A DNA stretch of 64,000 bases from NCBI GenBank assembly GCA_963749075.1, contig CAVVLJ010000016.1:544001-608000 (forward strand), given 5' to 3'. Position numbers and translations under genes: made by a program. Shown here piece by piece: positions 9,520-19,218 of the stretch (within the stretch, counting starts at the first letter, position 1; the number at the start of each line of letters is the position of its first letter). The stretch is from an uncultured Pseudomonadota bacterium. GTDB lineage: Bacteria; Pseudomonadota; Alphaproteobacteria; JACZXZ01. Under the pieces are notes generated by a model. That model ran no database searches and was not told the origin of the DNA. It saw nothing but the letters and a program-made list of their open reading frames with translations.

Positions 9520-10254
9520 TCAGTAGGAGCCTTGGTATCTCCTTCGGTGCGTCGCCGCGTAGACGTAATCGATCATGGTGACAAAGTCGAAGACTGGCAG
9601 TGCCAAGGCATCCTGGACCGCCTTGGCATAGGGCGGCAGCATCGAGCATTCCAGGAGGATGGCGCCCAGCTCGCCGTGCTCCGTCTTGAGCTGACGGCAG
9701 AGGGCGACGAGCTCGCTCTCGACGAGCTCGGCATCGATCGAGCCCTTTTCGTCGAACACCGCGGTCTTGAACTCGGGCTTGTCCTGCAATCCCCGGATGA
9801 GGATTTTGTTGGCGACGCTGATGCCCGACCGCGCCAGGAAATCCGGCGTCAGGTTGGTCGAATCGGCCGTGATGACGGCGATCGGGCGCGTCGCGGCGAG
9901 GCAGCTCGCGACCAGCGGCAATTGCAGAAGGCTCGACATGCACACAGGAATGCCGACGGCCTCGCGCACGGCGTCTTGAAACTGCAGCATGAAGCCGCAA
10001 TCGCTGCTGATCGCGCGAACGCCCTGGATCTCGAGCTCCTTGGCGGCGGCGACCGCGGCCGCTTCGAGCTCCGGGGCTCCTCTGAGGCAGGCGGCTGTCG
10101 ACAGCCCCGGCACCACCTTATAGATCACCGGATAGGGGTAGGTGGTGGCGTTGTCGACGTCGCCCGGGATGAACGGGAGCGAGCAATCGAGCTGCAGGAT
10201 GCCCACGGCAAAGCCGTAATTCCGCGCCCCGCGCCGCGTGCGAAATGTCGTCAT
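9520..10254 (-). CDS. Asp/Glu/hydantoin racemase superfamily protein
   Basis: GILQLD, IPGDVDNATT, AISSDCGF and ILLECSMLPPY (two-Cys racemase fold). Confidence 0.8.
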   Translation of the reverse strand: MTTFRTRRGARNYGFAVGILQLDCSLPFIPGDVDNATTYPYPVIYKVVPGLSTAACLRGAPELEAAAVAAAKELEIQGVRAISSDCGFMLQFQDAVREAVGIPVCMSSLLQLPLVASCLAATRPIAVITADSTNLTPDFLARSGISVANKILIRGLQDKPEFKTAVFDEKGSIDAELVESELVALCRQLKTEHGELGAILLECSMLPPYAKAVQDALALPVFDFVTMIDYVYAATHRRRYQGSY

Positions 10255-10455
10255 GCATCCACCTCGCGGTCCGATCGCATGCCGCGGATCGACCCTAAAC
10301 CATTTCTTCCGCGGGGGCACCGGAAAACGCGGTCGGATTCCGCATCCGCCGATCCCTTGCCGGCCGCCCGGAAGCGCACCATAGTTAAGTGTCGACGCCA
10401 GCCGTCCGACGATTGCCGATCGCGCGAGGCGACCTCTTCAAGCGAGACGCAGCCA

Positions 10456-10866
10456 ATGACCATCCGACTAGACCACACGATCGTGCCGGCGCGAGACAAG
10501 ATCGCCTCGGCACGGTTCTTCGCCGAGATCTTCGGCCTGGAAGTGAAGCCGGGCGAGAGCCATTTCGCGCAAGTGCAGGTCAACGACAGCTTGACCTTCG
10601 ACTTCGCCGACGAGGCCGAGGCCTGGGGCGGTCCGGGCTTCGATCCGCGCACCGGCAAGAGCCATCATTACGCCTTCCATGTCGGCGAGGCCGAGTTCAA
10701 GGCCATCTTCGGCCGCGTGAAAGCCAAGGGCATCCCCTTCGGCAGCGGGCCATACAGCCATACCGACGGCCGCACTTACACGCGCCGCGGCGGACGCGGC
10801 CTCTACTTCGAGGATCCTTACGGCCACCTGCTCGAGGTGATGACCGTGCCCGAGACGGGCAGCTAG
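10456..10866 (+). CDS. VOC/glyoxalase family protein
   Basis: MTIRLDHTIV, HYAFHV, GLYFEDPYGHLLEV. Confidence 0.88.
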   Translation: MTIRLDHTIVPARDKIASARFFAEIFGLEVKPGESHFAQVQVNDSLTFDFADEAEAWGGPGFDPRTGKSHHYAFHVGEAEFKAIFGRVKAKGIPFGSGPYSHTDGRTYTRRGGRGLYFEDPYGHLLEVMTVPETGS

Positions 10867-10881
10867 GGCGCTCTTTCGCCT

Positions 10882-11730
10882 CTATCCGCCCGACACGAAC
10901 GCCTTGAGCGTGGCGATCTCCGGACCTTGCGCCGCCTGCTCCCGCGCCAAGCGGCCGTAGAGGCTGGCGGCCCCTTGGAAGATCGCGGCAGCGGCGGGAT
11001 CGGCCTCGAGATAGGCGGCGATCTCCTCCATCTCGGCGACCCAGCGGTAGGCCTTGGCGTACATGGCCGGCACTTGGCGCTCGAGATAGGCCTTGAGCGC
11101 CGGCTGGCTCTCGGCGAGCTCGCTCCTCAACGCGGCCCCCACGCCGGCGCGCTCGGCACCCAGCATTGCGACGGAGCCGAGTGCGGTGAGGCCCTTGGTG
11201 ATCGAGGCGTAGGACAGCTTGAGGGCCGAGGCACTGCCCACCGTCCCGTCGAGGAGGCGCACGTCGAGTTCGTAGTCCCTGAGCGTCGCGAAGGCGGCGG
11301 CCTGCGGGCCCGAGGCATAGAAGCGCGGGCCCGGCGTGCCCTCGCGCGGCGGACCGCCGATGATGCCGGCGTCGACGAAGGGGGCACCCGCGGCTGCGAT
11401 CACCCCGGCCGTCTTACGCGCCGTCTCCGGGCTCACCGCATTGCAGTCGACGAAGACCGCGCGGCGGTTGCTCTCGCGGAGGGGTGGGGCCATGCGCTCG
11501 CCAAAGGCCAGCGCTTGGCCGGGCGGCACGATGGAGAGCACGAAATCCGCGTCTGCTAAGAGCGACAAGTCGTCCTCGACGCTTGTGACGCCGGCGCGCT
11601 CGGCTCGCGCCCTGCTGGCACTGCTGCGCCCGGCAAGCGAGGTGAGGACGCGCGCGCCGCGCTCATGGAGGCGGCGGGCCACGCCGCTTCCCATCTCGCC
11701 CATTGCGATGACGACTACCGTCGGAGCCAT
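10882..11730 (-). CDS. NAD(P)-dependent oxidoreductase (6PGDH/beta-hydroxyacid type, DUF1932)
   Basis: IAMGEMG, FVDCNAVSP, ASALKLSYASITKG, AYRWVAEMEEIA. Confidence 0.85.
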   Translation of the reverse strand: MAPTVVVIAMGEMGSGVARRLHERGARVLTSLAGRSSASRARAERAGVTSVEDDLSLLADADFVLSIVPPGQALAFGERMAPPLRESNRRAVFVDCNAVSPETARKTAGVIAAAGAPFVDAGIIGGPPREGTPGPRFYASGPQAAAFATLRDYELDVRLLDGTVGSASALKLSYASITKGLTALGSVAMLGAERAGVGAALRSELAESQPALKAYLERQVPAMYAKAYRWVAEMEEIAAYLEADPAAAAIFQGAASLYGRLAREQAAQGPEIATLKAFVSGG

Positions 11731-11771
11731 GACGCCTGTTCCCTTTGCCTGGCCGCGCGCCGCGCGGCACC

Positions 11772-12638
11772 TCATTGCCCGGCGAGGAATTCCCCCATCC
11801 AGCGCCGGTAATCCGCGTCGCGCGTCACGCGCTTCATGAGCTCGCCCGAGGCGACGCCCGCGAGCTTCGCCGGCGGCGTGCCGTCCTTGAGCGCCTTGAG
11901 CGTGGCATGCACGGCCGCCACCGCCGCCATGATGGACTGGTGCCCCTGGAGGCAGATGCGCACGCCCTTGGCGCCGAGGTAGTCGAGGTCCATGACCTCG
12001 GGGCCGGCGCCGCCGAGGATGATGGGCAGCTTGACCCGTGCTGAGAGCGCCTCGAGCTGGGTGCGCGTGCGCACGCCCACGAAGAAGAGCGCGTCCACCC
12101 CCGCGGCCTCATAGGCGCTGGCGCGCGCGACGGCGTCCTCGACGCTGGTGGCCGAGACCGCGCTCGTGCGCCCGACGACGACGAGCTCCGGGTCCTGGCG
12201 TCCGGCGCGTGCCGCGCGCATCTTGCCGACGCCCTCGGCGAGCGAGACGAGCCGGGTCTCCTCGGCCGAGCCGAAGGAGGCCGGCAGCAGCGTATCCTCG
12301 ATGGTGAGTGCTGCCACCCCCGCCGTCTCGAGCTCCTCCACCGTGCGCTTCACGTTGAGGGCATTGCCGTAGCCGTGGTCGGCGTCGACCAGGAGCGGCA
12401 GGTTGCCGGCGCGGCAGATGCGATAGGCCTGCCCGGCGAATTCCGTGAGCGAGAGCAGCATCAGATCGGGGGCGCCGAGCACCGCAAGGGCCGCGACCGA
12501 GCCGGCGAACATGCCGGCCTCGAAGCCGAGATCCTCGGCGATGCGCGCCGAGAGTGGGTCGAAGACGGAGCCCGGATGGATGCAGCGCGTGCCGGAGAGG
12601 ATGGCGCGGAAGCGCCGGCGGCGGTCGGTCCAATTCAT
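11772..12638 (-). CDS. Isocitrate lyase/PEP mutase family, oxaloacetate decarboxylase-like
   Basis: SVFDPLSARIA, VDADHGYGNALNV and LTIEDTLLP resemble the PA4872-type enzyme. Confidence 0.85.
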   Translation of the reverse strand: MNWTDRRRRFRAILSGTRCIHPGSVFDPLSARIAEDLGFEAGMFAGSVAALAVLGAPDLMLLSLTEFAGQAYRICRAGNLPLLVDADHGYGNALNVKRTVEELETAGVAALTIEDTLLPASFGSAEETRLVSLAEGVGKMRAARAGRQDPELVVVGRTSAVSATSVEDAVARASAYEAAGVDALFFVGVRTRTQLEALSARVKLPIILGGAGPEVMDLDYLGAKGVRICLQGHQSIMAAVAAVHATLKALKDGTPPAKLAGVASGELMKRVTRDADYRRWMGEFLAGQ

Positions 12639-12763
12639 GACGCGAGGATAGCAGAGGGCGGCGGCGGCGGCGAGTCTGGCCAGCGCCGCGAAGCGTGCTA
12701 TCCTCTGCGCAATAGGCGTGCCTGCCACGCGTGCGGTGCGCAGCCAAGGGGAGAGAGACGCCG

Positions 12764-13918
12764 ATGTCGCAACGAAAAGACCCGAGAGCGGGGAGCATGG
12801 CCGCCTCGAGTGCGGCGGGTGCCGCCCGCGGCAACGATGCGGTCGACTTCGAGAACCTGCATGAGATCGTGCGCAAGGCGCGCCAGAATCTCGACCAGAA
12901 CAATTGGGACTACATCGTCGGCGGCACCGAGAGCGAGACGACGCTGAGACGCAACCGCCTGGCCCTCGATCAGCTTGCCTTCCGGCCGCGCGTGCTGCGC
13001 GACGTGAGCAGGGTCGACGCTACGGTCGAGCGCCTCGGCCGCCAGCTGCGCCTGCCGGTCCTGCTCGCACCCGTGGGCAACCTCGAGACCTTCGAGGCGG
13101 GTGCTGCTGCGAGCGTCGTGCGCGCGGCGCGCGAGTTCGGCGTGGCGCATATGGTGAGCTCGGTGTGCGAGCCCGGGCTCGAGGGCGTAGCAAGGGCGGC
13201 ACCCGAGGCGCTGCGCCTCTTCCAGCTCTACGTCCGCGGCGACGACGCCTTCGTCGACGATCACGTGCGCCGCGCCATCGACCGGGGCTACGCCGCCTTC
13301 TGCCTGACCGTCGACACGGCGCATTACAGCCGGCGCGAGCGCGACATCGCCAAACGGCATTTCACCGCCGGCCGCCTGAGGGTCGAGGGGCGCGACTTCC
13401 AGCAGGCGCTCGACTGGCGGACGGTGCGCCGCATCAAGGACAAGTTCGACATCCCGTTAGCACTCAAGGGCATCGCCACCCGGGAGGATGCACGCACGGC
13501 CATCGAGCACGGCGTCGAGTGGATCTACGTGTCGAACCACGGCGGCCGCCAGCTCGACCACGGGCGCGGCTCGATCGAGGTGCTGCCCGAGATCCGCGAC
13601 GAGGTGGCGGACCGCGCCAAGATCATGATCGACGGCGGCTTCTGCCGCGGCACCGACGTGGTGAAGGCGATCGCCGCGGGCGCCGATCTCGTCGGCCTCG
13701 GCCGCATGCAGTGCTACGGCCTGGCCGCCGCGGGCCAGGCGGGCGTGGTGCGCATGCTGGAGCTCCTCGAGGACGAGGTGCGGCGCTGCCTGGGCCTCCT
13801 CGGCGTCAACCGCTTCGCCGAGCTCGACCAGAGCTATCTGCATGCGGCGGCACCGGCCAACGCGCCGCACGTCTTGAGCGCCTTCCCGCTCCTCGAGATC
13901 GAGCCCTATCGGTACTGA
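12764..13918 (+). CDS. FMN-dependent alpha-hydroxy acid oxidase/dehydrogenase
   Basis: FRPRVLRDVS, LTVDT, LKGI, VSNHGGRQLD, IDGGFCRGTDVVKA. Confidence 0.93.
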   Translation: MSQRKDPRAGSMAASSAAGAARGNDAVDFENLHEIVRKARQNLDQNNWDYIVGGTESETTLRRNRLALDQLAFRPRVLRDVSRVDATVERLGRQLRLPVLLAPVGNLETFEAGAAASVVRAAREFGVAHMVSSVCEPGLEGVARAAPEALRLFQLYVRGDDAFVDDHVRRAIDRGYAAFCLTVDTAHYSRRERDIAKRHFTAGRLRVEGRDFQQALDWRTVRRIKDKFDIPLALKGIATREDARTAIEHGVEWIYVSNHGGRQLDHGRGSIEVLPEIRDEVADRAKIMIDGGFCRGTDVVKAIAAGADLVGLGRMQCYGLAAAGQAGVVRMLELLEDEVRRCLGLLGVNRFAELDQSYLHAAAPANAPHVLSAFPLLEIEPYRY

Positions 13919-13948
13919 GCGCCGCCGGCAGCACGGCTGGGAGGTCGC

Positions 13949-16432
13949 GTGCGCGAGAAGGAGCTGCGTCTGGCCCTGGTGTTCTTCGGCGGCATCTCGC
14001 TCGCCGTCTACATGCACGGCATCAGCAAGGAGATTCTCAAGCTCGTGCGCGCGTCGAAGGCGCTGCACGCCATCGTCAACCGCAGCGAGCGGCTCAAGTC
14101 GCGCTACCCCAAGTCGGCCGCCGGCGGCGAGCGCGAGGACGACACCGAGGTCCTTTATTTCGAGCTCTTGCGCGAGATCGGGCGCAAGACGGAGCTCCGC
14201 GTCATCGTCGACGTGATCGCGGGCGCCTCCGCCGGCGGCATCAACGGAGTCATGCTGGCGAGGGCGCTGGCGCACGATCTCCCGATGGCCAGGCTGCGCG
14301 ACCTCTGGCTCGAGGAAGCCGACGTGAGCGGCCTGCTCTCGCGCCGCAGCCGCGCGCGCACCTGGAGCAAAATGTTCCTGATGCCCTTCATCTGGGGTGC
14401 CGGCCACATGAGCTGGCTCGAGTCCGTTCACGACAAGGAGGTGCGCCGCAAGCTCTCCCTCTTCGTGCGCTCGCGCTGGTTCAAGCCGCCCTTCGGCGGC
14501 CACCGCATGTCGCTCCTCATGCTGAACGCGCTGCGCAGCATGGGCGACGGCGAGGGCTCGCTCCTCCCGGCCGGCATGGGGCTCGAGCTCTTCGTGACGC
14601 TGACCGACTTCTTCGGTTACCAGCAGCTCATCCAGATTCACGACCCGCCGCTCATCCGCGAGCGCGAGCACCGCCACATTCTCAAGTTCGGCTACCGGCG
14701 CTCGTCCTCCGGCGAGATCGAGAGCGACTTCACCCTCGCCGATACGCCGGCGCTCGCCTTCGCGGCGCGCGCCACCTCCTCCTTCCCGGGCGCCTTTCCC
14801 CCGATGCAGATCGCCGAGATCGACGAGCTCCTCGAGGAGCGGGGCCTCGCGTGGCCGAGCCGCCAGCACTTCCTCGCGCGCAACTTCGCGCGCTATGCCC
14901 GCGCGGGCGTCGACCCGGAGCGCGCCTCCTTCATCGACGGCAGCGTTCTCGACAACAAGCCGTTCCGCGAGGCCATCCAGTCGATCCGCGGCCGGCCGGC
15001 CTATCGCCAGGTGGACCGGCGCCTCGTCTACGTCGAGCCCGATCCCGTGCGGCTCGCCGCCAAGACGGCACGCTACAGGCCCGGCTTCTTCACGGCGCTC
15101 AAGGGTGCGCTCTCGGACATCCCGCGCAACGAGCCGATCGCCGAAGAGCTCGATTGGGTCAACGGCTTCAACGAGCGGGTGCGCCGCCTCAAGTCCATCG
15201 TCGAGGCGGCGCGGCCGGAAATCTCCGGCCTCGTCGCCGATGCCTCGGCCGCCCTCGACCGGCCCTTCGGCGCCGAGGAGCTGGCAAGCTGGCGCGAGAA
15301 GGTCAACCGCCGGGTGCGCACGAACGCCGGCTTCGCCTACGAGGGCTACGTGCGTCTCAAGATGGCGTCGGCGCGCGCTTTCGTCGTGCGCCTCATCGCC
15401 GCAGCCGCTGCGGCCGAGCCGCGCTCGCCGGGCGCGCGGCTGATCGCCGAGGTGGTGGAAGCGTGGGCGCATTTGCGCGGCATCGCCTACGGTACGCACG
15501 GCAGCGAGGCGCTCGCGGGAGAGACGGCCGCAGCCTCCGCGGCGACGCCTTGGGTCGCCTTTCTCCTCGCCTTCAACGTCGATTACCGCATGCGCCGGCT
15601 GAGCTTCCTCATCCAGGGGCAGAACCGGCTCTACGGCATGATGGACGAGGTCGGGGCGGGCAGCGAGACCGCACGGCTGGTGGACCGCCTGAAGCGCGAC
15701 TTCTACCATTGCCTCGACGTGCTCGGGCACTGCGAGCGGGCCAACCGCCTGACGCCTGCTGTGCGCGAGGCGGCGGCGGCGCTCTTCGCCGAGACGCCCT
15801 CGGCCGCCGACGCCCGGCGCATCGCCGACCACGCCAGGAGCTTCGCCGAGCGGCACGCGGGGGAGATCGATGCGCTGGTCAAGAGCCTCGGCCGCGAGGT
15901 GGCACTCGAGGGCGCCACCCACGACGTGGATGCGCTTCTCGCCGGCATGGATCACGGCGCCTGGACGCCGCTCGTGCGCCGCGAGGTCCTGACCAACTAT
16001 CTCGGCTTCCCCTTCTGGGACGTGCTCACCTTTTCCGTCACGAGCTGGCGCGACGTGGGCGAGTTCGACGAGATTCGCATCGACCGCATCAGCCCGGAGG
16101 ACGCCCGCGCGATCCCCATAGAACCGCGCCTCGCCCGGCTCAGGGGCACCAGCCTCGGCCACTTCGGCGCCTTCTTCTCGCGCACCTACCGGGAGAACGA
16201 TTACCTCCTGGGACGCCTCCACGGCGCCGATCGTCTGGTCGACATCGTCTGCGATGCCGCCGGCATCGAGCGGCAGGGGGACGGCATCGACGTGGACGAG
16301 CTGAAGCGCCGGCTCTTCGCGCGCATCCTCGATGCCGAGGAGCCGCATCTCCCCAACAGCCGCGCGCTGATGGCGGCCCTGCGCGCGGCGCTCGCGGGCG
16401 GGGATGGCGGCGGCGGCTCCGGGGCCGCGTGA
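13949..16432 (+). CDS. Patatin-related protein (patatin domain plus DUF3376)
   Basis: ELRLALVFFGGISLAVYMHG, GASAGGING, ATSSFPGAFPP, DGSVLDNKPF, GHFGAFFSRTYRENDYLLGRL. Confidence 0.9.
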   Translation: MREKELRLALVFFGGISLAVYMHGISKEILKLVRASKALHAIVNRSERLKSRYPKSAAGGEREDDTEVLYFELLREIGRKTELRVIVDVIAGASAGGINGVMLARALAHDLPMARLRDLWLEEADVSGLLSRRSRARTWSKMFLMPFIWGAGHMSWLESVHDKEVRRKLSLFVRSRWFKPPFGGHRMSLLMLNALRSMGDGEGSLLPAGMGLELFVTLTDFFGYQQLIQIHDPPLIREREHRHILKFGYRRSSSGEIESDFTLADTPALAFAARATSSFPGAFPPMQIAEIDELLEERGLAWPSRQHFLARNFARYARAGVDPERASFIDGSVLDNKPFREAIQSIRGRPAYRQVDRRLVYVEPDPVRLAAKTARYRPGFFTALKGALSDIPRNEPIAEELDWVNGFNERVRRLKSIVEAARPEISGLVADASAALDRPFGAEELASWREKVNRRVRTNAGFAYEGYVRLKMASARAFVVRLIAAAAAAEPRSPGARLIAEVVEAWAHLRGIAYGTHGSEALAGETAAASAATPWVAFLLAFNVDYRMRRLSFLIQGQNRLYGMMDEVGAGSETARLVDRLKRDFYHCLDVLGHCERANRLTPAVREAAAALFAETPSAADARRIADHARSFAERHAGEIDALVKSLGREVALEGATHDVDALLAGMDHGAWTPLVRREVLTNYLGFPFWDVLTFSVTSWRDVGEFDEIRIDRISPEDARAIPIEPRLARLRGTSLGHFGAFFSRTYRENDYLLGRLHGADRLVDIVCDAAGIERQGDGIDVDELKRRLFARILDAEEPHLPNSRALMAALRAALAGGDGGGGSGAA

Positions 16433-16470
16433 TTGGGGGCTTCGAACTGCGCCGTGTCTTTCTCCTGGAA

Positions 16471-16556
16471 CGTCATGGCCGGCGAAGGCCGGCCATCCAC
16501 GTTTCACGCCGGCCAGAAAAAGACGTGGATGGCCGCGACATGCGCGCTCATGGCGA
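16471..16556. repeat. Intergenic palindromic repeat (GTCATGGCCGG...CCGGCCATCCACGT...ACGTGGATG family) between convergent genes
   Basis: Nested inverted repeats atggccgg/ccggccat and ccatccacgt/acgtggatgg. Confidence 0.7.
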
Positions 16557-16602
16557 TAGGGAGACGGAATGCCTCCCGTTGCCGCGCCGCCGCCGCAGCA
16601 CC

Positions 16603-17889
16603 TCAGACGGCTGCCGCCCCCAAAAGGGTCAACGCCGCCGCCGCCATCACCTTGGCGGAGGCGATCATGTCGTCCACGAGGACGTATTCGTCGGGCTGGT
16701 GGGCGAGGTCGAGAATGCCGGGGCCGTAGGCGATGCAGTCCTTGAGCTTGCCCACGCGCACGATGTGCTTCTGGTCGTAGGTGCCGGGGGAGACGACCTG
16801 CACAGCGGGCCGGCCGAGCACGCGCTCGATCTCGGCGGCGACCGCCTTGACCACGGGCGCATCCGCATCGGTGAGCGTGGGCGGGAAGTGCAGCACCTCG
16901 GCGAGGTCATAGGCGAAGCCTGGCCGCTCGCGCCTCAAGGTCTCGAGGAGATCGGCGATCTCGCGGCGCACCTCCTCGAGGTTCTCCTCGATGAGATAGC
17001 GCCGGTCGATCACCAGGCGGCAGCTGTCGGGCACCATGGGGCTCGGCAGGCCCTCGTAGTCCTCGCCGAGCCCTCCATGGATCGAGCTCAGGTTGATGGT
17101 CGAGCTCTTGGCGCCCTCGGGCACCACCGGCATGCGGGTATGCTTCTGGGCGAGGCGCGGGATGAGGTTCTGCTCGATGCGCTCGAGCACGGCGCCCATG
17201 TGGCGCACCGCGCAATTGCCGAGGAAGGGCATGGAGCCGTGCGCGGTGCGGCCGTGGGTCTCGATGCGCGCCCACCACACGCCGCGGTGCCCGATGCAGA
17301 TGCGGTCGACGTTGAGCGGCTCGGGGATGATCACGTGGTCGACCCGCGGCGGCGAGAAGTAGCCGCGCTCGGCCAAGTAGCCGACGCCGCCATAGCCGCC
17401 CGACTCCTCGTCGACCGTGCCGGAGATCTCGAGGGCGCCGGGATAGGCGATGCCCTCGTCGAGGATGGCCTCGACGGCGATGAGCGAGGCGGCGAGCCCG
17501 CCCTTCATGTCCGAGGCGCCGCGGCCGTAGAGCCGGCCGCCGTCGAGCTCGCCCGCGAAGGGATCGCGCGTCCAGCCGCGCCCGGCCGCCACCACGTCGA
17601 TGTGGCTGTTGAAATGCACGCAACGGCCGGGCCCCGTGCCCGTCTTGCGGGCGATGACGTTGGTGCGCGGGTAGCGCTCGTTGTCGCCGGGGCTGCCGAG
17701 GCCGCGCTCGTAGCGCACCTCGAAGCCGCGCGCGGCGAGCCGGGAGCCTATGAGCTCGGCGCAAGGAGCATAGGCGTCGCCCGGCGGATTGACCGTGGGG
17801 ATGCGGATGAGCGCGCGCGCGAGCGCCACCAGCTCGTCGGTGCTGCTCTCGATGCGGCGAAAAAGCCCGTCGCGGAAATCGCGCGGCAT
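16603..17889 (-). CDS. M20 peptidase, ArgE/DapE family deacylase
   Basis: HFNSHIDVV, YGRGASDMKGG, VDEESGG, IIPEP, AHQPDE. Confidence 0.9.
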   Translation of the reverse strand: MPRDFRDGLFRRIESSTDELVALARALIRIPTVNPPGDAYAPCAELIGSRLAARGFEVRYERGLGSPGDNERYPRTNVIARKTGTGPGRCVHFNSHIDVVAAGRGWTRDPFAGELDGGRLYGRGASDMKGGLAASLIAVEAILDEGIAYPGALEISGTVDEESGGYGGVGYLAERGYFSPPRVDHVIIPEPLNVDRICIGHRGVWWARIETHGRTAHGSMPFLGNCAVRHMGAVLERIEQNLIPRLAQKHTRMPVVPEGAKSSTINLSSIHGGLGEDYEGLPSPMVPDSCRLVIDRRYLIEENLEEVRREIADLLETLRRERPGFAYDLAEVLHFPPTLTDADAPVVKAVAAEIERVLGRPAVQVVSPGTYDQKHIVRVGKLKDCIAYGPGILDLAHQPDEYVLVDDMIASAKVMAAAALTLLGAAAV

Positions 17890-17907
17890 GGTGCCTCCCG
17901 AGCAACG

Positions 17908-18618
17908 CTACGGGGAGGGCTGCCGCTCTGTCAATCGCGCGGGCGGGAAGAGGCGGTCGAAGGCGGCGCCGCCTTCCTCCGAGAACAGCACCGTGCGGCT
18001 CCGGCGGCCGCGCCTGGCCCAGCCGCGCGCGAAGAGCTCATGGAGGATCGCAGCACCGAGCGCGCCGCCGAGATGGTTGCGCCGCTCGCTCCAGTCGAGG
18101 CAGGCGCGGCAGAGCGGGCGGCGCGTGCCCCCGAGCGAGGTGCTGTCGACGCCCAGGCCGCGCAAGAAGCGGCGCCCGCCGTCCGCGAGCTGGAGTTCCT
18201 CGTCGTCGCCCACGATCACGCCGCGCGCGCGCAAGCCCTCGAGCATGCGCACCCCGCGCTCGCCGGCTAGATGATCGTAGCAGACGCGCGCCTGGCGCAG
18301 CGCCGGATCGTTCGGTCCGGTGCGCACGCGGCGCTGCCCCGTCCGCATGGCGAGCCCCATCAGCCCTTCGAGCACGGCCGCCACGTCGGCGCCCGAGAGG
18401 CGGAAGTAGCGGTGGCGGCCCTGCTGGCGCGTGGCCAGGAGGCCGGCGCTCGCGAGCTTGGCCAGGTGGCTGCTTGCCGTGGAGGGCGCCACCCCCGCCT
18501 CGAGCGCCAGCTCGCTCGCGGTCAGCGCGCGGCCGTCCATGAGCGCCGTGAGCATATTGGCGCGCGCCGGGTCGCCGAGGAGGGCCGCGATCGCGGCAAT
18601 GTCCGGTCCGTCCTTCAT
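17908..18618 (-). CDS. ArsR/SmtB family transcriptional regulator (long type)
   Basis: GDPARANML, TASELA, STASSHL, QGRHRYF, ARVCYDHLAG, CLDWSERR. Confidence 0.9.
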   Translation of the reverse strand: MKDGPDIAAIAALLGDPARANMLTALMDGRALTASELALEAGVAPSTASSHLAKLASAGLLATRQQGRHRYFRLSGADVAAVLEGLMGLAMRTGQRRVRTGPNDPALRQARVCYDHLAGERGVRMLEGLRARGVIVGDDEELQLADGGRRFLRGLGVDSTSLGGTRRPLCRACLDWSERRNHLGGALGAAILHELFARGWARRGRRSRTVLFSEEGGAAFDRLFPPARLTERQPSP

Positions 18619-18685
18619 AGTTCGATCATGGCAGAAATGTCGCAGCCGCGCAAGCCGCCACCGCAACAGCCGCCACCGCAACGGC

Positions 18686-19217
18686 TTACTCCGGAGGTGC
18701 TACGCGATACCAGTAGGCCGAGGGATAGCCCTCGGCGTCGACGTTCGAGCACTTGGCGCCCGACGGCCGGCCGGTTCCCGACGCAGTGCCAGGCGTAGAT
18801 CGTGCTATGGCCGGTCGCATAAGCGGGGACGATCTCGGCGCCGGGATTGTCGCGGCAGTACTCGCGCGCGCCGGGACCCGGCGTTGTGCGCGTATCGGCC
18901 TTGCCGTCGCAGGGGATATTGGCGCCGTAGGTGCAGGCGAGCACGGTCCCTGCGGCACAGCGCCAGATGCCGCGCTTGAAGATCTCGAGCGGCGCTCCGG
19001 GTGCCGCCCCGCTTGCCCGCTTGAGGGCCTCGGCGACCCAGTCGGGCATCGCCGGGCCTGTGTAGCGTGCGTCCGGCCGGTCGATCGTGCCGACCGCGGC
19101 GCAATAGGGCGCCGGGTCGTCGAAGCGCTTGGCGCCGCCGGATTGCGCGTGCGCCGAGGCGAAGGCGAGCGTCATGCCGCAGCAGAGGACGATCGCGGCC
19201 GCCGCCGCACTTCGCAT
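18686..19217 (-). CDS. Hypothetical secreted Cys-rich protein; +1 frameshift at 18744-18745
   Basis: Signal peptide ending AHA-Q and six Cys in the mature part. Removing one base gives the C-terminus VLDVDAEGYPSAYWYRVAPPE*. ATG lies 1 nt after the upstream GGT stop. Confidence 0.7.
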
Positions 19218-19218
19218 G

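Noticed and set aside
12904-18270. 1788-aa ORF and other very long Arg/Ala/Pro-rich ORFs (13457-16507, 46079-48949, the 5' parts of 46216-50100 and 8800-10866)
   Set aside because: Off-frame or antisense shadows of real genes in very high-GC DNA; no domain signal.
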